NCBI GenBank assembly: GCA_044226015.1
Contig: JBGAHS010000006.1
Location: 288,001 to 352,000 of the forward strand
DNA: 64,000 bases
Direction: 5' to 3'
Source of the DNA: Candidatus Obscuribacteraceae bacterium
GTDB lineage: Bacteria > Cyanobacteriota > Vampirovibrionia > Obscuribacterales > Obscuribacteraceae
A program made the position numbers and the translations under genes. Below the pieces are notes generated by a model. That model was not told where the DNA came from. It did no database searches and saw only the letters and a program-made list of their open reading frames with translations. Positions 57,047-64,000 of this stretch are shown here, piece by piece (position 1 is the first letter of the stretch; each line of letters starts with the position of its first letter).

Positions 57047-57966
57047 ATCCCCTCATCTGCAAAAGCGAAGTAATCATTTGCCTCTAAGATCAAAGCGCGA
57101 ACTCGAGGAATGTCTTCTCTTGCAATCGCATTATCTTGAAGTGCAAAATCTATTGCACGATATACCTGTGGCTTCAAATCCAAACGAAAGCTCCGCAAGT
57201 CTTTCAATGGAGCGCTTAAAAGCATCTCTTTGTCTATCAGCATGCCCTCGCTGTACTCGAATTGCCTTGGAAATTCACCAGTGAGCAAATAGAACCAGAC
57301 ACTAGCGAGAGCATATATATCCGACTCTCGCGTGGGTGCAGCCCCTCTAATTACTTCTGGCGCCAGGCACAGCCAGCTCATCGTGGAGAGTTTGTCGGGG
57401 TAGTGCTGAGCAACTGCTGTTTCGAGTGGTATTGAATATCTATCTCGAGACCACCAATAGTCACTTATTCTCATTGTATTGGCCGCAACTCTGATGGATT
57501 CCGGGCTCAATGCACAATGCACAAGGTTGTTTTTGTGCAGCGCCTCTAATCCAAGAATGAGATTTTGAGCGGCTAGCAAAAAATTCGATTCATCTAATTG
57601 CACGCCCGCTGCATAGAGAGGCAGATAGGAATCATCTTCGGGGCAATCAATAATCTGAAAGTAGACACCATCTTGCAGCCAGCCAGACTCAACGATGTTC
57701 ACTACGCCAGGGTGCATGTTAGTGGCTCCACGAGCCCCCAGAGCGTTGGTACAAAGAGAGAGAAGGAACTCATCATCTTCAGTGTCAATCAACTCGCAAA
57801 CAAAACGTCCAGCAAATTTGGATGAAGCAAGCTCCCAACGTGCAGAACAATCGCCATCAGAAAGAGGGCGCACCCATCTAAAAGTGGAATCTGGAACCGC
57901 TTTACCTGGTTCAAATCGAAATACCCTTCGAGAAGCTGTTAAAATGTTTCTAGCAAGAAACGCCAT
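57043..57966 (-). CDS. Ser/Thr kinase-fold protein, probable pseudokinase
   Basis: HPGVV, LEALH..LVHCALSPES, ISDYW, LAPEV, SDIYALA; catalytic Asp, beta3 Lys and Gly loop missing; ATGA-coupled to the kinase. Confidence 0.78.
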   Translation of the reverse strand: MAFLARNILTASRRVFRFEPGKAVPDSTFRWVRPLSDGDCSARWELASSKFAGRFVCELIDTEDDEFLLSLCTNALGARGATNMHPGVVNIVESGWLQDGVYFQIIDCPEDDSYLPLYAAGVQLDESNFLLAAQNLILGLEALHKNNLVHCALSPESIRVAANTMRISDYWWSRDRYSIPLETAVAQHYPDKLSTMSWLCLAPEVIRGAAPTRESDIYALASVWFYLLTGEFPRQFEYSEGMLIDKEMLLSAPLKDLRSFRLDLKPQVYRAIDFALQDNAIAREDIPRVRALILEANDYFAFADEGI

Positions 57967-58037
57967 GTCAGTAGGTTCCTATGCGCGGCTTCCTTTAGTT
58001 TACCGCCAATTGCACCGATAAAATACCTGTCTACAGA

Positions 58038-58823
58038 ATGCAGAATGTTAATACAAATTGGCTGGAAATAGGAAGAGAAATCTTCCTGTATCAATCATGC
58101 GACTTTTACTTGTACCAGACAGCGTGCCTGCTTGAAATCCCAAATGAAAGTTTCAGCTCCACTGAAGATGATCTGATCTATCATCTCGGCGCTGACTTAG
58201 TTGTTCTAAAAGCCGTTCCTATGAGGTCCCTGGTAATACAAAAGGCTCTAAACAATGCACTTGCAGAAGCCAAAGAGAGCTCAACCATCAGCCTTATATC
58301 TAAGAAACTAGAAGAGCTGCTCGATTTAACTGTTGAGGCAAAAGCTGAATTTTTCTCGAAAATAGGCACAGTCAATCGGGACGTTTCAATAGAAAAGCTG
58401 TTCTTCCACCTCAGCAGCAGCAATGAGAAACTTGTCCATTTTAAAGAAGATTCTCTTGATCTAGCTGGAGACTACTTCTGCCGTGAAATCTGCAAAGAAT
58501 TTGCCTGTTTTCCAAATATCAAAAGTTTGAACCTATCCAATTGCAATCTGACGGACAGCGACTTGTCTTTCCTTCAGTCCCTGTCTCAGCTGAAATCGCT
58601 GAACTTGAGCAATAATCCTGTAAGCAGCATCGGACTGCGGAATTTAAATGCTTATTTGATCGAAGAACTAAATCTGGCAAACACTAATTTTAATGCCAGC
58701 GGAACAATGCAATTGAGAAAGTTCCATTCGCTTCGCTCACTCACACTGCCATCGACTTTCGATCAACTATCGATGGATTCCCTGAGCAGTTCATTGATCA
58801 ACTGCTACATCACTCGCGAGTGA
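58038..58823 (+). CDS. Leucine-rich repeat protein; degenerate paralogue of the C-terminal half of 53547-56114
   Basis: IKSLNLSNCNLTD, LKSLNLSNNPV, EELNLANT; N-terminal collinear similarity to the protease domain. Confidence 0.8.
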   Translation: MQNVNTNWLEIGREIFLYQSCDFYLYQTACLLEIPNESFSSTEDDLIYHLGADLVVLKAVPMRSLVIQKALNNALAEAKESSTISLISKKLEELLDLTVEAKAEFFSKIGTVNRDVSIEKLFFHLSSSNEKLVHFKEDSLDLAGDYFCREICKEFACFPNIKSLNLSNCNLTDSDLSFLQSLSQLKSLNLSNNPVSSIGLRNLNAYLIEELNLANTNFNASGTMQLRKFHSLRSLTLPSTFDQLSMDSLSSSLINCYITRE

Positions 58824-58901
58824 GAGACAAATTTACTTGCTCGATAAAACAAAGACAGAGAGTTAAACTCCCTGTCTTTGCGGGCGGCTGGTGTATGAAA
58901 G

Positions 58902-59330
58902 CTAGTAAGATCTGGCAATCCATGTGTCCCGAGAAGCAACAAGACTTGCTCCATAGCTGGGATGCAAGGACAAAATAGATTCGTAATTAAATGCGTTATC
59001 AGACTCAGACAAATCATGGAAGCAAATAGTCACGTTATTGTGATCATGATTAATAACTTGAATTTCGTATTTCCAGTCATGTTTTGAACTCTCCAGCACT
59101 GCTTTCTTTTCGTTTAGCAGCAAGGGAAAAATGCCATAGTCTGCAAAGCTTGATTTGGAACCACTCAATTTGAAAGACAGCGAGGAAGGGAATGTTCTCA
59201 GGTCTAAATGTTCAACAACATATTTAGCCAAATGCTTGTCTGGTATCCGGCCTTCATATGAAGATGCTGAAGCACTGGGTGATATCAGCACAAACATTGC
59301 CGAAATAAAACTTGCTAATTGATTCTTCAT
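58902..59330 (-). CDS. Secreted hypothetical protein
   Basis: Signal peptide MKNQLASFISAMFVLISPSASA. Confidence 0.6.
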   Translation of the reverse strand: MKNQLASFISAMFVLISPSASASSYEGRIPDKHLAKYVVEHLDLRTFPSSLSFKLSGSKSSFADYGIFPLLLNEKKAVLESSKHDWKYEIQVINHDHNNVTICFHDLSESDNAFNYESILSLHPSYGASLVASRDTWIARSY

Positions 59331-59553
59331 AAGGGTCACCAGCGGTTCGCCTTATCAGATTATCGCGAACCTGTGACACAAGAGTGATCGTCAAACGGCA
59401 AAGCAGAAGATTCAGTACACTGTTTGATTACACAGTATTGGCCCAGTGATCCACCACCTTGGTTTGCGCAAGTCCTTCTTTTCCTTGACGCCCCTATAAG
59501 CCGATAATCGAGTAAGGTGCTGACTTCATCTACACCTCTGTCCGAGAATAATT

Positions 59554-59886
59554 ATGGAAAAACAAGATTATGCTATATCCAAACCGAATGAAGAATTTCG
59601 GAGGGAAGACTCTAACCCACAGCTTAACCTGTTGATGCTCAGCGGATATACCGATAGACGCACGACTCCGACGTCCATCATTGAACCCTTGCCGATGCCT
59701 GGCGATAACAAACATTACTCTGATTCACCGCCACAATCAGATAAAAACGACAAGCAGGAAGATACCGAAGATAAGAAGGACAAGCCTGAGAATGAAGATG
59801 AATCACTTCCCGGTGTAATAATTGACCCAGGCGAATGGTTCAAGCCAAAAAATATGGGCAACCCTCTAAATCCAATTTACTGGTAG
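59554..59886 (+). CDS. Small acidic/Pro-rich hypothetical protein
   Basis: 110-aa ORF filling the gap; stop abuts the stop of the convergent gene. Confidence 0.5.
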   Translation: MEKQDYAISKPNEEFRREDSNPQLNLLMLSGYTDRRTTPTSIIEPLPMPGDNKHYSDSPPQSDKNDKQEDTEDKKDKPENEDESLPGVIIDPGEWFKPKNMGNPLNPIYW

Positions 59887-60549
59887 CTATTGCTGCCCCC
59901 AGAACATAATTTGTTCTCGCACCGACCCTCTTGAAGCAAGGTGAATGCTCAAGCGTTTACCTGTGCTGAGAGAACTTTCCGTGCAAAAATTGTAATAGGT
60001 CAAAGCGGCGGCAATATCGTCAAAGTTGTCTTCTGGCACCCATACGATGCTTGTAGAAATATTCTTGAATTGCAAATCAATCATGAGACGCAAAAGAACA
60101 TTCGCAATCGCATCAGCTTGATTGTTTTTTCGATCAACTTTTCCCAGCACGATAATTCCCAATCCTTCCAAAGGAAATTTAGGATTTGCATATCGCCGAG
60201 AACCTATGGGAACGCGTCCCTTGTACCAGTATTCCTGCAGAGTCTGCGACTTCGCATCCTGCTGCGACCTATCTGCCCGAGGAAAAGACCTGTAACTGAT
60301 TCGTACCTTACTCAGGGGGCGTAGGGTCGATCCTTCAGTGTTGAACTTTTGTACTTGCTGAACGTCAAGATACATTGCCCAATCACATTCATTCTCAAGA
60401 TGTTTATCTTGCAGATTGATCTTAACTTCTGCATTTGCAGATTCATTTGCGAAAAGACAAGAGCATAGAGCAAATGCGAGCGCAAGAAAAAACGAGACCA
60501 GCGGTTTTGCAACCGCTGGCCTTTGATAGTCTCCTGCCTGCGCCAACAT
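59887..60549 (-). CDS. Secreted hypothetical protein
   Basis: Signal peptide ending ANA; starts 5 bp after the adhesin-like gene, probably co-transcribed. Confidence 0.65.
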   Translation of the reverse strand: MLAQAGDYQRPAVAKPLVSFFLALAFALCSCLFANESANAEVKINLQDKHLENECDWAMYLDVQQVQKFNTEGSTLRPLSKVRISYRSFPRADRSQQDAKSQTLQEYWYKGRVPIGSRRYANPKFPLEGLGIIVLGKVDRKNNQADAIANVLLRLMIDLQFKNISTSIVWVPEDNFDDIAAALTYYNFCTESSLSTGKRLSIHLASRGSVREQIMFWGQQ

Positions 60550-60554
60550 GAGCC

Positions 60555-63500
60555 TTATTCAGCAGAGGCTCTCAATCTAGTGCGAGAATCCGACGAATAA
60601 TTTACAGGCACGAGGACCTGACGCTTGTTATGTTCGGATTTGCGCGCACGTGATTGATATGCACCGTGGCTTTGTGTCACCACATGTAGTGCAGCAGCTG
60701 TCTTGAGCATCTTGCCTGAAATTTGCTTAGCAACGTGATTGTTTTCAGTCGATGATGCTGATAGCCCTGACCAATTTCCAATTACGCTGGATAGCGAGAT
60801 TTCGCAGATGCTTACATGACGATTAGCAGAGAGTTTGTAATTCGAGAAATGGCGTCTGCCAATTCCGTCAGCTTTACCCTGTTCTGCTTCCGACAGTTTG
60901 TGATCAGAAATCACAACTTCTTCACCGGCTGTAAGGGTGATTTCGCTTTCCCCAACATGCAATGAAACATGTCCTGGTCCGCTGCATACAGCAACGCGCA
61001 ATCCACCTTCTTCGGTGCTCACGCTGAAGAGTGAGCCCTTCTTTGCGTGCACATCAGCAAGGTCTGTGTGAATGACAGTGTCACAAATAGGGTTCATGAA
61101 CATTGAACCTGTCTTCAAAGTAAATTGAGAAGCCGCCTTGCGGGCAGTCAACTTGGCAGAGCCTGACTCTTCGAGACTATTGATTCCCTTTCCAGTCAGT
61201 AACAAGCTTTCGTTGTATCCCGGTGCAAACACATGGGCAGTCGCGCCGGACTCATCATCATCACCATTGAATTCAAGGTCTAGAGTGGAATGATTTCTGT
61301 CCTTAAACGAAATCGGGGTCAGACTGTTGACAGTCAGATCCGCTCCCTGCATGGTCAGAGAAGCTCCGCTTCCAACACTAAAGACCATACCGCCACCAAA
61401 CAAATTCATGACCGATTGAGTTGTCGCAGAATTACCAAGGTTGTATGTTGCACCAGCAGTCACATTCTGCAGCACAGAGCCTGTGCCATAGTTAACAGAA
61501 CCTGAAGCATTGTTGTTGATTGCAACATTAGAACCCAGTGGCAATGGCGGACCACCTTCGGGCTGAACAAACAGTGGGTCTGTAGGCAACGTTCCAGGCA
61601 CCGTCGAAAGATTGTTGATCTGGCTCAAATTTGTGCCGGCTGTAATTTCGATAATTCCACCGACTGCATTTGTTGCAACAGTGCCTACGGCAGCAGCATT
61701 CGCAAAGAAGTCGGTCGTCGAAGTAACCTTATTGCTGTTCAATATCGAAATGTTGCCACCATTTGCGGTGTAATTACCGGATAGGTTCAACGCCCCGGTT
61801 GAGACGATGCTGACACTGCCACCATTAGATATGAAGGTAGCCGCATCAGTTGTGCTTAAGCCACCTGGTCCGACGGTGATCTTGATGTCTCCTCTTGACT
61901 GAATCTCATTTGGAGTCAGAACAGGAGCTACTGGGAGGCCATTCAATGTTCCAGCAGTAAACGTCGCACCATTTATGCTCATTCCAGTTTTCGATTCATT
62001 GATGGCAATCAAACCGGTATTGGCAGTGAAATTACCACCATTTATGGTGAGACCTGCGGCTGAAGTTATTGTAAGTCCGTTTCCGCCAAACACCGTTCCG
62101 CTGTTTATGCCGTCTGTCATCGTTACTTTAAGTGCCTGCCCTGTTGTAGCGAAGACATTCACTTTGGTTTGTGAATTATTTGAATAGATAGTGCCAGCAG
62201 TGTTCAGCAACTCTTTAGTTGTGAAACTGATGTTGTTTGCTCCCAAATCAGACATATTGAATACGAATCCAGAAACTGGAGCCACAGTTATTTTGTCTGA
62301 TGCAATGCTGAGATCATTCAACACAATTCCAGCAACGGTTAGCGGATTTGTTTGAGTTATTGACACCGGACCTGCAGCAATGAGCATCAGGTTATTGATA
62401 TTAGAAGTAGAAACGGCTGCAATCTTTGTGTTGACGCCAACAGTCGTGAAGATCGAAGTCGTCCCAGTAGTGAACGAAGAGAATGCTGTAAGTTCGCCAC
62501 TCTTAACCAAAGTCGGTGTAACACCTTTGAGCTGGTAGTTTACTCCAGCCGTTACCCATAATGAAGATTCATTAGCTGTAATAGATGAGCCGCTTCCGGT
62601 GACGTTTGGAGCAAATACTCTGACCACACCACCATCACCGATGGTGCCGGCAGACAACGAAGCTTTAGTCATCGTGATTGTGCCGGCAGAAACAGTGGTG
62701 CTAGTCGGCGAAGTTGTCGCAAGAGTTGCTTGCCCTGCATGAATACCTAGAGTGCCAAAGCTTCCAGCACTCAATTTGCCAGCTATGGTAGAGCTTCCAC
62801 CAATGTATATTCCGAGATTATTATCACTAGAGATAACACCTGATGATGCGATGTTCAGAACCTGTCCAACGACAGAGGTATTAAAGAACATATGTGCATC
62901 TGTCACGAATGCATTCGGGGTTGGAGAACCGGTGCTGATACCATTCACTGCCTGGAAGTTAATAGTGCCATTAATTTTGGAAGTTCCAGTTGTAGGTGCA
63001 TTAACTGAGACAGGGTTGGCAGCACCAAAATTCGCGAAGGTTAGCGTCAGCCCAGAAGGAATATTCATGGCATTCAGGTTAGCCAGTGAGAATGGAACGC
63101 TTGCAGTCGTGGTGTCGAAGTTCAAGGTTCCTGTGCCGGTGCCGCTCAATTTTCCAGATACACCTGAACTAGGATTTCCCTGTAGCGCAATTAATGCGTT
63201 GCGAATGCCCGCATTTGTCAGGTCAAGACTGCTTATGTTCAGGATACTGGAGGTTGAATTTACGACGACACCATTTCCGATGTTAATCGAGTTCGCACTA
63301 GCACCCTGTAGAACAATTGAGGTGCTTGATGCAGTGCTAGAAGCATTGAGGTCTGCAGAGCCGACATTTGCTCCAAGTCCATAGTAGAAGTTCGAATTAT
63401 CACCCGACGGAGTCACGTTCGAAGGTTGAGATCCAACCACCGGAGTGGACGGGAAGGCGCCACTTATAAGCGCAACGCCGGCTTGAGTGTTCACTGAATT

Positions 63501-64000
63501 CGAGCTTGCCAATCCATTAAACAACCACCCCGTTCCAGACAGAACGACACCATCAGCCACATTGATTGCAGCGGAACCAACTGCGTTGTTGTTTTGAACA
63601 GTTAGCGGTCCACCTTGAGCCGATATATTGGAATTGAGGTTGATTGTACCCGAACTCGTATTCGAGTTGAGAATCGTTATCGCACCATTGAATGACAAAA
63701 TGTTGCTAACGCCGAAGCTGCCACCGTTCGTCAGATTGCCGGTCAGGTAAACATCTCCGCCAGCATTTATGCTTGCAAAATCAGCGTTAGCACTCGGATT
63801 CGAACCTGAATTGGTGATGTTTATGTAGACATTACCGGCTCCGCCAATCGGGGAAGCATTTGTTGTAACAGTAAGACTTCCAGCAGTTGAACCATTTGGC
63901 ACCAGGTCAACATTAAAGCTTGAACCTGATGGGGTGTAGACATTGCTAGAGTTGGCAGTTCTACTGAGGAAACCAATATTGCCAGTCATGCTCATCAACG
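60555..64000 (-). CDS. Large filamentous-haemagglutinin-like beta-helix surface protein with FecR-like C-terminal domain (5' end outside the window)
   Basis: G/S/T/N-rich beta-strand repeats (GGDVYL, GGPLTV, GGSVSI, GGNISI); C-terminal LKTGSMF..TVIHT..GHVSL..LTAGEEV. Confidence 0.75.
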   Translation of the reverse strand, partial: LMSMTGNIGFLSRTANSSNVYTPSGSSFNVDLVPNGSTAGSLTVTTNASPIGGAGNVYINITNSGSNPSANADFASINAGGDVYLTGNLTNGGSFGVSNILSFNGAITILNSNTSSGTINLNSNISAQGGPLTVQNNNAVGSAAINVADGVVLSGTGWLFNGLASSNSVNTQAGVALISGAFPSTPVVGSQPSNVTPSGDNSNFYYGLGANVGSADLNASSTASSTSIVLQGASANSINIGNGVVVNSTSSILNISSLDLTNAGIRNALIALQGNPSSGVSGKLSGTGTGTLNFDTTTASVPFSLANLNAMNIPSGLTLTFANFGAANPVSVNAPTTGTSKINGTINFQAVNGISTGSPTPNAFVTDAHMFFNTSVVGQVLNIASSGVISSDNNLGIYIGGSSTIAGKLSAGSFGTLGIHAGQATLATTSPTSTTVSAGTITMTKASLSAGTIGDGGVVRVFAPNVTGSGSSITANESSLWVTAGVNYQLKGVTPTLVKSGELTAFSSFTTGTTSIFTTVGVNTKIAAVSTSNINNLMLIAAGPVSITQTNPLTVAGIVLNDLSIASDKITVAPVSGFVFNMSDLGANNISFTTKELLNTAGTIYSNNSQTKVNVFATTGQALKVTMTDGINSGTVFGGNGLTITSAAGLTINGGNFTANTGLIAINESKTGMSINGATFTAGTLNGLPVAPVLTPNEIQSRGDIKITVGPGGLSTTDAATFISNGGSVSIVSTGALNLSGNYTANGGNISILNSNKVTSTTDFFANAAAVGTVATNAVGGIIEITAGTNLSQINNLSTVPGTLPTDPLFVQPEGGPPLPLGSNVAINNNASGSVNYGTGSVLQNVTAGATYNLGNSATTQSVMNLFGGGMVFSVGSGASLTMQGADLTVNSLTPISFKDRNHSTLDLEFNGDDDESGATAHVFAPGYNESLLLTGKGINSLEESGSAKLTARKAASQFTLKTGSMFMNPICDTVIHTDLADVHAKKGSLFSVSTEEGGLRVAVCSGPGHVSLHVGESEITLTAGEEVVISDHKLSEAEQGKADGIGRRHFSNYKLSANRHVSICEISLSSVIGNWSGLSASSTENNHVAKQISGKMLKTAAALHVVTQSHGAYQSRARKSEHNKRQVLVPVNYSSDSRTRLRASAE

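Overview
Gene-dense bacterial window of moderate GC. Gene content and protein style suggest non-photosynthetic Cyanobacteriota (Melainabacteria, Obscuribacterales-like); this is inference only. No rRNA, tRNA, CRISPR array or transposase was seen. The left half holds housekeeping and accessory genes: VWA, TspO, ArnT/GT39-like glycosyltransferase, small TPR proteins, SRPBCC plus CPT-like kinase, thioredoxin-fold proteins, a CPA2 antiporter-USP fusion, a PD-(D/E)XK-Rad3/DinG helicase, LMF1, a kinase-TM-TPR protein, DUF2934 and DUF151. The most striking part is a ~26.6 kb locus (32228-58823). It contains a 5850-aa protein that strings together FHA, a transglutaminase/EDR1-like Cys-His-Asp domain, a PI3/4-kinase/HipA-like domain, a PD-(D/E)XK-like motif, a hydrophobic segment, a second FHA, HEAT, YD-like and TPR repeats. 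A ~320-aa internal block of it is duplicated as the C-terminus of the next gene. A divergent HEXXH protease-LRR gene is followed by a kinase, a pseudokinase and an apparently catalytically dead copy of the protease-LRR C-terminal half. Also noted: a divergent S8 protease without a signal peptide, a shared charged N-terminal leader in several large proteins, and a candidate structured ncRNA at ~25075-25280. All domain calls are motif reading by eye, not database results.
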